This document shows positions 36,574 to 49,223 of a stretch of DNA of 64,000 nucleotides, in pieces. The notes below the pieces were generated by a model, which was not told the DNA's origin, made no database searches, and saw only the letters and a program-made list of their open reading frames with translations. The DNA lies in contig NC_045704.1 of assembly GCF_009834535.1 (NCBI RefSeq), forward strand, positions 51,336,001 to 51,400,000, written 5' to 3'. Made by a program: the position numbers and the translations under genes. This DNA is from Camelus ferus (lineage: Eukaryota). How positions within the stretch are numbered: position 1 is the first letter of the stretch; every line of letters begins with the position of its first letter.

Positions 36574-37794
36574 CCACATCTTCTGCCTCTTCTCTAGATC
36601 CTTAAGGAGTAGGGATCAAGATGTTTTGGTTTCTTTTAGTGAGAGGTTGTTTTCTTCTATGTTAGGGTCTAAAATATGTTTGCATTAAATAAATGACACA
36701 TTGATGTTTGAAATAAATTCACCCAGGTGCCTGGTATAAGGTTAGCACTCAATACATTACATTAATAAGTATACCTTAAATATTAAACTGAGTATAATCC
36801 ATCGTGGTTTAGAGGGCCAGCATCTTAGGCAGATGCTCAAAATCAGCGGTTTGGGGAACACTTTAAAATGTTCTGACTATTATTTTCTCACTGGTAGTCT
36901 TTTTGTGTTTTTCAAATGTAATCTTACCTAGAACCCTGATACACAAAAGCAATGAAATACATTACATATGTGCCGTCTGGAGGAAATTTCCTCAGCACTT
37001 GCAGTACTCCCAAAACACAGCTTCAGAGCCAAATGCTTCAACTGCAGCAAAATTTAGACTCTACAACTCTGCATAAACCCTGATTAAAATGGTAAGATAT
37101 CAGCACGACATGATTTGGAGCGAGAATCCCAAGATTTCAGGCAAGTTCAGAAGTGCGTTAAGGGAGCATCAAGAAGAAACAGCTGGCATTCACTAGGTTT
37201 TTGGTTTTCTTTCAAGTTCAATGCATATGCTATAGCAAGTTGAGTCCTGGGTGATCCCTTCAGCTGAACTTCGGAGACAGAACAGAACAGAGAGGGGGGA
37301 AAGACCAGTATTTGCAGTATTTATCTTCAGACTCTTTCAGACCCAAGAACACAGTCAATGGAAAACAGATTTTCTGAATGGCCCTATGATATTTTCCTTA
37401 AACTTCTCCTTCGGTCCAGCCTGCCAAGTCCTTGTTTCAACTCTCTAGGCTGGGTTGAGAGCAGTTGTTCTTTGCAGTGTTGGCTGAAATGTAAGTAGGT
37501 GCTCCCATTTCATGTGATCCTAGAAGATCCCACAGGATGTTCCTGTTAGAGACTGTGAGAGTTGGAGCAAAGACTTGGATTCGTTGACTCATTCTAGGAG
37601 AAGCTTATTTCCTGAGTTCCATGAAGCCAGAGCTGTCTGCAGTGGGTCTACACTAACATCACAACAGGGCCACACCCAGAAACTGGCCAGGCCTGATGCT
37701 CCTGGAAGTAATTGGCCAATGGCTAGGCCACCCTGGGGCTTTTCCTTCCCATCTCACACACTCCTTTCTGTCTCAATGGGTCTTGGAACATGAC

Positions 37795-38368
37795 TGTGTT
37801 AGTTATCTAGTTATATTGCTCCATAACAGATTGCCACAAACTTAGTGACTTAAAACAACATGCATTTGTTATTTTACAGTTTGTATAGGAACCCAGGCAC
37901 AGCGTGGCTGGGCCCTCTGCTTCAGACTGTCTTGTTAAGGGTACAATCAAGGCACCAGCCAGGGCTGGGATCTCATATGAAAGTTCAAGTGGAGAAGGAC
38001 TGGCTTTCAAGCTCAAGAGGTTGTTGACAAAATTTAGTTCTGGAGGATTGTGGATTGATGGCCTTAGTTCCTATCTGATTATTGGCAAGAGGTCAATTTC
38101 AGGATCTTGCCATGTGGCCTCACCACTGAGGCCACTCACCACATGGCAGCTTGCTTCATGAAAGCAAGAAAGCATGTCAGAGAAAGAGAACATGAGACAG
38201 AAATCACAATCTTTTATAATCTGATCTTGAAAGTGACATATGACTACCTTTGCCATATTCCGTTTGTTGGAAGCAAGTCACAAGCCCCATCCACTCAATG
38301 TATCACCAAAGTATGTGAGTACCAGGAGGTTGGGCTCATTGGGGCCATCTACAAAGTCACCTGCCACA
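37795..38368 (-). mobile_element. MaLR solo LTR, MLT1F-like
   Basis: ccacaaacttagtgacttaaaacaaca...cacatggcagcttgcttc...ctgccaca. Confidence 0.85.
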
Positions 38369-39065
38369 TTCACTGGATGCCCTTAGGGACTCATTTGAAG
38401 CAGAGGAAGAATTTGAGGTCAATGCATTCCCAAACAAGGCATTCGAGTCCTGTATCTCTAAACCACTTTCCAGCCTCCCCATGTACCGCTCCCTTCTTAT
38501 AAGTCTGTTCTGTATTCTTCAAACACACCCCCATCTACACGCTTTATAGCCTTCATGCCTGCTTTTCTCACTGCAAGAAAGCTCTTCTCTCAGCTTCACC
38601 CAGGCCCCTCCCCTTGTCTCTGAATACCTACTGCATACTTATTTTTTGAGCTCCAACTATGTGTTAGGCATTGTCTGGTTCCCCCACCTCCACCAAAAAC
38701 AACAGAAAAAAACCCCAGGATCTGTGACTTCAAGGGATTCTCTATTTAGTGGAAGAGACAAATAAATAACCAGCCCTCAGCACACCCTAGGGGTGTGACA
38801 TGGTTGGATGAAACCCACTAATTTGCCCATAAATGGAAGCCAAACTCCACAGTGTGGCACAAAAACCCTTCACAACTGGTGCCTTTACATCCCCCTCTTT
38901 TCTGAGTATATATTCCAGTCATAAAGAGGAAAAAAACGTAGATGTGGTATCCATGCAGTGCTTGCCCATACTCTCTTCCATATGTTGTCCTCTCTGCTAA
39001 AAGCATTCCTTCTTACTTGTTGAACTTGCATGCATCCTTAAAAAAGTGAAATCAAATGCTCCCCG

Positions 39066-39444
39066 TGTCTGGGTCTGCTCGAATTGCTACTGTAAAATAC
39101 CACAGACTGGGTGGCCTAACCAGTACATATTTATCTTTCACAGTTCTTGAGAGCAGAAGTCCAAGCTCAAGGTGCCAGCAGACTCAGTTCTCAGTGAGGG
39201 TCCCTTTCCTGGCTTGCAGTTGGCCCTCTTCTTGCTGCATCTCATACAGTAGGGAGAGGATGCTCTGATGTCTCTTCCTCTTTTCAGAAGGGCGCTAATC
39301 TCCTCATGAGGGCCCCACCCTCATGACCTCATCTAAATCTAATTACCTCCCAAAGTCCTCATCTGCAAACACTATCTCACTGGGGGTAAGGGCAGGGCTT
39401 CAACATATGTGTTTGGGGGAGGCACAAACATTCAGACCATCACA
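39066..39444 (-). mobile_element. MaLR solo LTR, MLT1A-like
   Basis: aaataccacagactgggtggc...caccctcatgacctcatcta...cacaaacattcagaccatcaca. Confidence 0.88.
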
Positions 39445-40860
39445 ACTCCCCTTTTTAGGAACCTTCCCCAAATCCCTAGAAACTTAAGTAGCTACACACA
39501 CTGTGCTCCTGTAACGCTTTGCACTTAACTTGAAGAGCATGTGCAGCATGGCTTATCATTGTGAACATGAGCCTTTTATTAGACTGTCAGTGCCTTGGTG
39601 GCAGACTATAGGTCTTCATTGCTGTCTCTGTGGGTACAGAGCAAGGTGACCACCCAGCACTGGTTAGCAAACACTTGTGAAGAGCACATAAAAGAGCAGA
39701 GAAGCCTTTCCCTAGCACTCAGGTTATTCCCCATTCACCTTGACCTTTCCTTTCAGCTCATGTAAATGCCAACTGAACTTCTGGCTGCCTGAATCTCAGC
39801 AGGAATGTTTGCAGTACCTGGCTGTCCTGTAGATGGTGAGATGTTCCAACATGTCCACCCAGAAATTAAAAACCTGAACACCCCTGACTCTTCAGAGTGT
39901 TCCGTATGTTATGGCCTTTGAACCTAGCCTGAATTGGATACATCTGTCTTCAAAGGAACTTAAATTCCAACATGAAAGTCAAGGGGGAAATTAGCATCCT
40001 TGCATTCAGAAGGCGGGTTCCCAGGATGTGAACCTCTCTGTCTGGTTAGGATTGCTTCCCTATCGTTTGAACACCCAGGCTGATGCTGTTTCACTCTGTT
40101 ACCAGTCTTCTTAAAGAAATTGCTTTATTGCCAGGGTTCTCTGTGATCTTTAAAGCAAAAACTTACATTATGATGAATCATATTTTACATGTAGTCTCCC
40201 ATGTATTTCTGTGTAATGAAGACTTGTCTTTTACTAAGCTTTAAAATAAAATTTAGTATGTTTTAGGCAGTCTCACTATATGATTATTTCTTCCCTTATA
40301 ACCTAGCCCCTAATATTGATTGTGATAATAAAAGTAGTGGTTACAATAACTACCATTTTGAGCATTTATCAGGCGCCAAGAACTATATCAGGTATTCTCT
40401 ACAGATATGTTTGTTTTTTTGCCATTTTATTCCCTAAAACGATCTGAAGTTGATTAACGAACGTATTTTGTAAGTGAGAAAATTTAGACTCAAAGAAGTG
40501 TCTGAGGGCTGATGGAGAAGACATAAATTTGAGGGGGGCCAGGAAGAGGACTCAATTCCTAGCTGACTGTTGGTCAAGGACATCCTCAGTCTCCTATTCT
40601 GTCTCCTGACATCCAGTCCTTGGGAATAAAGTCTTTTGTTCCCATTTAGAAATGAGTCAAGGCTGAGGCTGCAATGTGATTGACAATCACACTAAGATAC
40701 AGCCTAATAATTGTATCTTTCTTGAGGACAGATTTCAATAAAAAAAAGGGGTGGGAGGAAGGACAGACAATGGGAGGGATTTTCAAACCAAGGACCCTGG
40801 ATTGGATAACTAAAGAGTAAGAAAGGGATCACCTCTTCCCCTATTAGAAAATGACCCGAC

Positions 40861-40912
40861 ACCAGAAACTCACACAACATTGTAAATCAACTATATTTCC
40901 GTTAAAAAAAAA
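40861..40912 (+). mobile_element. 52-bp L1 3'-end micro-insertion with TSD
   Basis: accagaaactcacacaacattgtaaatcaactata + A-tail; TSD aaaatgaccc at 40848-40857 and 40913-40922. Confidence 0.88.
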
Positions 40913-41554
40913 AAAATGACCCAGACAACTAAGCTTTGTGAGACCAAAGATAAGAGCAGGTCAGTCATCGTGACATTCTCCTACGGTGTAGTCCTGTTAC
41001 TCATTCCTTCAGCAAGTGCTCTTGTGCCTGTGCGTTGTACAGGATCAGACAAAACGCCTAACTTAAACAAACACCCCTCAACATCTCATGTGGAAGTTTT
41101 AAAGAAATGAGGTGTTTCCAAAAGTCACCAACAACCCACTCCGTTTCTACTCTTGTGCCTTAAAATCTGTCTTTATGTTATTCAATAAAGAAAAATGAAC
41201 ACATGTAAATGTCTTCCTCAATTTTGCAGGGCCTCAGGGTAAATCCCTATAGACACCTCTAACCCTCACACCCCTTCTCTTTGTTTAACTGAGACTGCTC
41301 GAGCCCACCCCAGGGCTCAAGACCACTTCTCAGACCACTTCAGAGTCACTGGAAAGGGGATTTCAGGAGCCTTTAGCTCAGTACTTGAGATCTGACTCTG
41401 CTCTGGAAAAGGAGCCTTCTGCCCCGCCCTAGCCCGTGACCCAGCTTCCACTGCCTGGTCTTGATAAAGGCCTCACCCCCTCAGGACTGCTGTCACGCAC
41501 TTTGTTCCCCCTGTTCCCCTTTTTGCAGCGCCTCGCTTGGTGTGATGTACCTGC

Positions 41555-41594
41555 TTTCATTTCCTGCTGTTGCCTCTTCTCGAGAGGACACGTG
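41555..41594. promoter_or_regulatory. ETS-IRF composite element plus CACGTG E-box
   Basis: GGAAATGAAA on minus strand (41564-41555); CACGTG 41589-41594; unique DNA with some CpG. Confidence 0.3.
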
Positions 41595-42038
41595 GTGATG
41601 TGGGATCCGTCATCCCATCCCGTGCTTTCATTGACAAAAGAGTGGAGAAATAGCCTGACCTCAGAGCTGCTTTGCATTTTTTCCTTAAACAAAAACTAAA
41701 CTTTCTTCTTGAGGTGGAAAAGAAAAGCTCCTAGTTAATAAAAGGTTGTGAATGAGACTCTTCATATTCTAATACCAATGACCTGAATGGCTAATGAGTA
41801 TTTGTCCGTGATATCTGAAACCTACAGGACAGATACTCTACATGTGGCAAAATGGCAAATGTCACGAACGTCAGCATTTTCTAGAGGCTGGAAACTAATT
41901 AATGTCTATAAAACTTTGAACCATACAGATTTTCCTCATCAGAGGGAAAAAAAGAAGAGAACATACAGACATTCATCTTCAATGCCACAGTTTCAGTCAG
42001 TAATATTTAGGTCATCTGAAATAGAATGCCCAATACCT

Positions 42039-42069
42039 GGATAGATGGATAGATGGATGAGTGGATAGA

Positions 42070-42103
<34 letters not shown>

Positions 42104-42296
42104 TGATGGATGGATGGTTGGATAGATGAATAGGTAGATAAATAGGTAAAGAGATGTATAAACTGGTAGATAAAGAATGAATGGATGGATGGATGGATGG
42201 ATGGTTGGATGGATGGATGGATAGGTATTTAAATAAGTAGATAGATATACAAATTGATGATAGATAGACAGACAGATAGATAAGGAGATACAGATG
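42039..42296. repeat. Complex tetranucleotide array (GATA/GACA/GATG)
   Basis: Read directly. Confidence 0.95.
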
Positions 42297-43621
42297 ATTC
42301 ATTTTGTTTGAAATGAGCTGACATTTTCCTTCTCCATCGCTACCCGTACTCAGAAGTCATCACTAAAAGGGATCTGACACTACAGACCCACTAAGTGTCA
42401 GAAAGGAGATTTCGAGATGAGAAGCTGTGTCACTCCTTCCATGTGCAATCACCAACCAGAGTGATGATAAGGAATCTGAGGAAACAGACCCTATATTCAT
42501 GGGGCAGGTCCACTCCTCACCAAGATGTGGGTAAAATCAGAGCCCTGGTCACTGGGAGCCCTTTAACTCTTCTTGACTCTGGACCCCTCAGGGAGCAGAG
42601 GGCTTAGCCTGAGTCTTAGCCCTGCCTGAGGGCAAGAGAGATTAACAAAGCAGAAAGGAGGCCCGTGGAGGAATCCAGCTACCTGTGTGCGGAGAACCAG
42701 CATGGAGGAGTATGTCTGATTTCTTCCCTCCCACCCCGTCCAGGCCTCCAAAGGCTGGCCAAGGCCCACTTAGGGTGAAGAAAGAGAGAGTCTCTGCGGC
42801 GGGAGGTGGGGAGGTGCTGGGAGTGAGTTACGGCTTCCCTACACAGCAAAGGTGGCAGCTAAGGGGGACAGTCTGAGGCGCAGGCCCTGGGGAGGTGACG
42901 ATGACGAGAATGTAGGGCAGGGAGGAGCCAGGTGGGAGTGTGAAGGGTGTCTGCATTAGATTCTTAGAGGCAAAGTGGGAAACATAAACGAATACACACA
43001 GGTCAGAGGTTAGGAGTGCCACATCAAAATCAAAGAAACTGCTTCAGTTCAGGATGAGGAGAGGATGGCCTGCTCATGGGTCTCCCACCAAGATGACACA
43101 TGAGCTTTCTTCCGGAAGAAGCCCAGAGGGAAGCTGGGGGAAAGCCAGCTTCTGTTTGTGCTACTGCACTCAAAATAAGTCACTCATCCTCAGACCAGCC
43201 TCTGCCCTAGTGCCCTCTTTGCAGAGATGGGGCACTCAGGAAAATGTATGCTCCTCTCTCGACTGACCCATAGTAAGAATGCAATCCCAGGGCAATGCAG
43301 ATGGTAAGCAGAGGCAGTATTCCTTAAGCATCTCTTAGGTGCCAGACATTTACATCTGGTGAGGGAGGCATCTTTATCCCCATTTCACAGATGAAAAGAC
43401 TGAGGCTCAGGGATAAGAAGGCTCCTGTCCAAGGTTCCATAATGAGTCAGAAGCAGATCAAAGTGGGAACACCAGCAACCCCAGCTGCACCAAATTCCAA
43501 GGACTTCCATTCCGTTATACTCCTGTCTCTGAATTAAAAGCGGGGGGTAGGGGGCACTGAGAAAAAGGAAGAAGAGTAGAGTGGCGTGGGGGCAGTTTCT
43601 AAACTATTATTAGTGCTTTTT

Positions 43622-43931
43622 AAAAAAATTGAAGTATAGCTGATTTACAATGTTGTGTCAGTTTCTGATGTACAGCACAGTGATTCAGTTATACATATAC
43701 ATACATGTATATATACATACTCGTTTACATATTCTTTTCCATTATAGGTTATTACAAGCTATTGAATGGAGTTCCCCATGCTATACAGTAGGACCTTATT
43801 GTTTATCTATTTTATATATAGTTGTTTGTATCTGCTAATCCCAAACTCCCAATTTATCCTTCTACCCCCTTTCCCCTTTAGTAACCATTAGTTTGTTTTC
43901 TATGCCTGTGAATGAATGACACAAATGAACT
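43622..43931 (-). mobile_element. L1 3' end (L1_Art-like) with TSD and short 5' inversion
   Basis: TSD gtgcttttt at 43613-43621 and 43932-43940; oppositely oriented L1 piece gacacaaatgaact at 43918-43931. Confidence 0.88.
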
Positions 43932-43969
43932 GTGCTTTTTAAATTTTAACACAGAATAGGAATAAGAAC

Positions 43970-44396
43970 TATTAGAAGACAATTTTCCATGAGTCTTACA
44001 TATTCCTGCACATCTTGTGAGCAGGGGCACTGACTGCCTTTGTTACGTACCATCTTCTAAAGGATGTCCAGCAAACAGATTTGGAAGGTAGAGTTAGTAT
44101 CTCCCTCGGGAGCAATGGGCAGCAGGCTTATCATCCAGCAGAAAAGATCAGGTTCCTCTTCTGTGACACACCCTACAACTTGTGTGTGTCGCCTGGCCCT
44201 CTCTGCATTACCCTGTGGGTGCCCAGGGCAAGGGAAGTTGACACAAACATGAAGCTCATGCTGGTGGCCATGCCAGGAGTTATAAAGTCCTCTGTTGCTG
44301 ACCCAGGAATGTCACGTCTTCTGCAGACATCCATGAAACCTTGGCTGACTAACTTTCTTAGCTTGCAAGTAGGGTGACATCTCAGACCCCACTACA
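43970..44396 (+). mobile_element. ERVL solo LTR, LTR40-like
   Basis: gacaattttccatgagtct...ggcactgactgcctttgtt...catccatgaaac...agcttgcaagtagggt...tctcagaccc. Confidence 0.85.
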
Positions 44397-45510
44397 CTGG
44401 AGGTTTCCTGGAGAAGCAGGGAATGGACAGAGAAATCCAGGCAAATATAAACCTCCTTGCCGTCTGGTATCAAAATAAAGTCCACATGGCACACCAGAAA
44501 GCATTCTGGTACCTCGAGCATCCTCAAGCAATGGAATCTAGGACATATCTTGAATGCTAATAAGCCATTCCCGCCAGGTCCCAATGCCTGAGTGAACACC
44601 ACCACTCCCTGGGCTGCCATCTTCCTATAGGACAATGGGGTCCTTGACCAAGTGCTTAAGAAAGCACTTCTGTGATTATCTCTCTGAATTTTGAAAATTA
44701 CTCTGTGAATTCAGAATGACTGCTCTCGGAGAGGTAACTAACTCACCAAGATTACACAGCTGGTGCCCAAGTGTGTCTGAATCCATGCCTGCCATTAGCA
44801 TCCTGGAAGACTCTCTCTTTTCCTGCCAATAGTGAATTCATCCCTCTTTTTGAAACAGGTCCCCTTTCAATTCTTTAAAACAATTCTTTAGACAAGGAAC
44901 TTTGCACTAGTAAGAAGAGGCCATTGCCATTCAGGGTGAAGAAAAAAACTTATTTAGTTAATGAGGAACACTTGTTCAAGCAAAGAAGTACTCTGGGGCA
45001 AACAAAACTATTTTTTTTCCCTTAATTATCTGAAATCCATGTCAGGGTAATCCAAACCTCCCCACAGAGAGGATGCAGTCTGTGTAACCCCATACCCCCT
45101 CTTTTTTGACCCTTTTGGAGGGAAAGAAGATGTGAGGCCAATAAGCTTGGGCAGTGAGAACACTTTTTGCTGGGCCAGGAGATACAGCCAACCCCTCAGT
45201 TCATGCTGCAGTCAGGACTGAGGCCAGGCTGCAAAGGCGGGCCTGCCCCCTGCTTATGTGGCCACTAGGACAGTGTGACGGCCAACCTTCAAGGTGTCTG
45301 ACAAAGCCAGTTTTGGGGAAGAAGCACTCTGGAGCCCTTCTGGAAGAGTGGAAGGTGTCTCAGCACTGTGGTAAGGAAGACAGGATCCCACCTGCTGAGG
45401 TGCCTGGAAGAAGCCCCTGAACGTCTCAGACTTGGCCAATTCACAAGCAGGGCTTCTCAGCCTGAATAGATGTGACCAGTTGTGAGAGTCCTTGCGATGA
45501 ATGAGCTACT

Positions 45511-45775
45511 GTATGTAATTTCCCAGGGTTGCCTCACACCTAGCAAACTACAACAAACTCGGTGGCTTAAAACAACAGAACTGTCTTCTCTCACAGTTCT
45601 GGAGGCCAGAAGTCCAAAGTTAAGGCATCGGCAGAACTATGCTCTCTCTTTGAGCTTTGGGTGGTGGCTGGCGGTCCTTGGCAGTCCTTGGCTTGTAGCT
45701 CCGTAACTCCAGTCTCTGCTCCATCATGCATGGGTCTCTCTCTCTCTCTGTATTCTCCTCTGTGTGTGTCTGGCC
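45511..45775 (-). mobile_element. MaLR LTR fragment (MLT1C/D-like)
   Basis: ggtggcttaaaacaacagaa...ctcacagttctggaggccagaagtcc. Confidence 0.8.
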
Positions 45776-46300
45776 CCTTGTTCTTCAGAGTTTCTGAAGC
45801 CCATTCACCTCTTTGGTCAGCATTTCTATATTATAATTTGTTTCTCTCTTCAGGGACCATCACCTGCTACCTCACTGGTGTGGAAACTATAGGTGGGCAG
45901 GAGTTTCAGTCTGTTTTTCTTACAGCATCTGGGAAGTAGTATAAACTCAATAAATACCTATTGAATAAGTCAGTGTATGAAGGAGATGTTTTCATGAGTC
46001 AGAGAAAGCGGGACGTACTTATAGCCAGCACGTGGAATGACTCCTATCGGCAGTGGGCTCTGATTAGTGTGTGCCATCTAATGTTACACATTACACGTCA
46101 GTTCTTTGTCCTATTTAAGAATGTGGGCTCTGGAGACAGACAATTGGAGTCCTGGTGCTGGTCCTTCCCCACAGCTCCTCTGTGAGCCTCACCATGCTTC
46201 TTAGCCTCTCTGAGATGCTGTAAAATATGGATGTGTAGTTCTGACCTTATAAAATTATTGCATAAATTATCCATTTAGCAAACATTTATTGAATGTCAGT

Positions 46301-46385
46301 GGGGAGGGTGTAGCTCAGTGGTAGAGTGTGTGCTTAGTATACATGAGGTCCTGGGTTCAATCCCCAGTACCTCCATTTAAAAAAT
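46301..46385 (+). mobile_element. tRNA-derived camelid SINE (Vic-1 type) with 15-bp TSD
   Basis: ggggagggtgtagctcagtggtagag...gtcctgggttcaatccccagtacctcca with A and B boxes; TSD aaacatttattgaat at 46280-46294 and 46386-46400; target is an L2 3' end. Confidence 0.9.
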
Positions 46386-46429
46386 AAACATTTATTGAAT
46401 ATCTTGTTGGGCACCATGATAAAACAGGA

Positions 46430-46628
46430 AGAGTTCGAGATTTGCAGATACTAACTAGTATATATAAAATAAATAAACAACAAGATTATGCTGTATAGCA
46501 CAGGGAACTATATTCAGTATCTTGTAGTAACCTATAATGAAAAATACGAAAGTGAAAATATATATGACTATTATGCTGTACACCAGAAATTGACACAACA
46601 CTGCAAACTGACTTTGCATCAATAAAAA
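46430..46628 (+). mobile_element. L1 3' end, intermediate camelid type
   Basis: gagttcgagatttgcagatactaacta...atgctgtacaccagaaattgacacaacactg. Confidence 0.85.
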
Positions 46629-47649
46629 GTAGGATGAGGCATATACAGTGCTTAGCCAAGTTTTTGGCATGTTGGAGATCTTGATTAAGTGGCATTGTGC
46701 TCAACTGAATACCTAACATGTAAAGACAGAGAAAATCAGGAGATCCGCCAGGTATAGGATGAAGATGATCAGAGAGACCTATGCCCTCAGCATCCTTTCT
46801 CACTGAAGGTGCCCCCCTCTGCCCAACCACTGTGACCAGAAAGGTTTCTGTTCAGCAGCTGGAGAAAAAAGGGTAAGAAATGTAAGGGGGAAAAAGAATG
46901 TGAGAGATTATTACCCTAGTGAAGTATCATTTGTCACTATTTTGTTGGGGGGTTGTTGGGGTCAGAAGGTTGTTGTCATCGCCTCCAGAGGTACCAGTCC
47001 CATCAAAGGTGAGTGCTGGGAAGGTGGCAAGGAGAGATAGGAAAGCACAGGCTTTCACCGGGTGTGAATTTAATTTCTGCCATTTACATGCAGAGGATGA
47101 GGCAAAGACCACATTCAAAGAGGATGCTCTTTGGGGATAACACAGAACACCTACTATGTTCCTGCCATCGCCTTTACTAAACACTTTACGACATTATGTC
47201 ACATAATCCCTACATCAGCTCTTTGAGTCAGGCATTAATATCCCCATTTTGCAGATGAAGAGGACAAATCCTGGGAGATCAGTTAAATGTCCCAATGACA
47301 ATCAGCCGCTAAGTAGAGCAGAGGGTGGAACTAACCTCTGTCTGCATTCCTTCTGTTTCTAACACCCGTATCCCTCCCATATCCAAGATTCCTGGGTGTG
47401 GAGTTTTTGAACTATAAACCAATTAGGCTAAAGTTCTAACTGAGTTGTTCACTGTGTGAATGTCTACATGGCCATTTTTATTCCACCCCTTTTTATAGGG
47501 CACAAAGTTATTTGAGTTTATTGGCACAGACAACTTTCTGAAATGGCACTGCCCTCTTACATGACTCCATACAATCAAAACCATACGAATGAAACATCAT
47601 TTTATCTCTAGGATGAATGAAGGAAAACCTTAATGCGGTGAAGCAAGAC

Positions 47650-47869
47650 CAGGGTTTCTTGACCTCAGCACTATTGATACTTAGGGCTGGAGACGTCTTC
47701 GTGGTGGGGCTGTCGTACGCACTGCAGGATGTTTAGCAGGATTGCTGGCTTCTGCCCACATACCAGCAGCGCCTCCTCCCCCAGTTTGTGATAATGAAAA
47801 ATGTCTGCAGATATTGCCAGAGATCCCTGGAGAGGGGGCTGGTAAAAATCACCCGATTGTGAAACTAGT
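47650..47869 (-). mobile_element. MER20, full length
   Basis: cagggtttcttgacctcagcactattga...aaaaatgtctgcagatattgcca. Confidence 0.9.
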
Positions 47870-48256
47870 AAACTAGACAGACATGGGTCCAAATTCTTAG
47901 TCTGCAACTCTCATGGCTTTGGGAAAGTTGCACACTCTCCTTGAAACTCTTTTTCATGTATAGAATGGAGATGTTAATTCCTATCTTGCATGGTAATTAT
48001 GCCAAGATAATGCATGCAAAGCACATTGTATGTGGGCCCTTAGAAGATGTTCAGTACTTATACTTACAAGAATAAGTACTTATTTTTTTAAAACTTCTGA
48101 TTAGTTTTCATGGTGCCCACATTTGGGAATCTTGTTTCCTTTGTCCCTGTGGAAGGTGAGGTAGATTCTTTAAAATTATTACTGCCCATTCCATACAAAC
48201 TGGCCTTGCGTGTTGATGAATAACATCTGTGAGGTATGTCATGCCCATTAGCTCCT

Positions 48257-48420
48257 TTTAATCTTCTAAAAACCATTTCATTGAGGTATGAGTGACATAC
48301 AAAAAGATGTACCTATTTAACACATACAACTTGATGACTTTGGAGGTACATCTGCGCCTGTGAAAGCATCACCACAATCTATGTCATGAACATACCCAAT
48401 ACCTCCTAAAGTCTCCTTTT
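48257..48420 (-). mobile_element. Old L1MA/MB 3' end
   Basis: ttcattgaggtatgagtgacatacaaaaa...tgtgaaagcatcaccacaatc. Confidence 0.7.
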
Positions 48421-48748
48421 CATCTTTGCATCAGTCCTACAAGGATGGTGGTACCATCACCATTTAAAAACAAGGAAGCAATTTTAGAGACATTAAGGAA
48501 ATTACCCAAGATCATGCAATAGAAAGTCAGGTTCAAATTCTGACTCTACATCCCAAGATACTTTGTAGTGTCTTATCTTACTTCTGTGAGTGTCCAAGAG
48601 GCACTTCCTGGGTTCTGTGCTGAGAACACAGTCTCTCATTGTGTTAATAAGGAAAAATAAGCAATTGCCTTAAGTGGGATGAGGGAATTTTACATAAGGG
48701 ATGAACAAAGGGTTATGAGAGCACAGAGGAAGCACAGTTACCTCATAT

Positions 48749-48994
48749 GGAAGGTTCTAGAAGGTCTGGTAACAAAGATACAAAGGGAATCATGGAGAAC
48801 AATTTGGAGTTAGCCAAACTAGAAGAGGGAAACAGTCCAGATAAAGCCAACACACATACAAAGTCCTAGCCCTGAGCAGGAACAGAAGGAACATGATGGA
48901 CAGACAGTTGGCTCCCCAAATCTGCGGTTCCCGCATCTGTGGATTCAACCAACTGTGGATCAAAAATCTTGAAAAAAAATTTCTAGAATGTTCC
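48749..48994. promoter_or_regulatory. Two perfect three-unit heat-shock elements
   Basis: gGAAggTTCtaGAAg (48749-48763) and tTTCtaGAAtgTTCc (48980-48994). Confidence 0.45.
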
Positions 48995-49223
48995 AAGAAG
49001 CAAAACTTGAATTTGCCATGTGCCAGCAACTACTTACATTGTGTTTACTATAGCCATTTACACAGCATTTACACTTACTGGGTATTATACGTAACCTAGA
49101 GATGATTTATTCTATACAAGAACATATGTGTAGGTTATATGAAAATACTACACCATTTTATTTAAGGGGCTTGAGCATCTGTGGATTTTGAACCAATCCC
49201 CCATGGATACCAAGGAACAACTA
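48905..49223. mobile_element. TcMar-Tigger non-autonomous element (Tigger3/MER2 family) nested in L2
   Basis: TIRs cagttggctcc / ccatggataccaaggaacaact; gtggattcaaccaactgtggat; aaaacttgaatttgcc; gcttgagcatctgtggatttt. Confidence 0.85.

Noticed and set aside
46301-46375. tRNA gene (A and B boxes present)
   Set aside because: No proper acceptor stem; has an A-rich tail and TSD, so it is a tRNA-derived SINE
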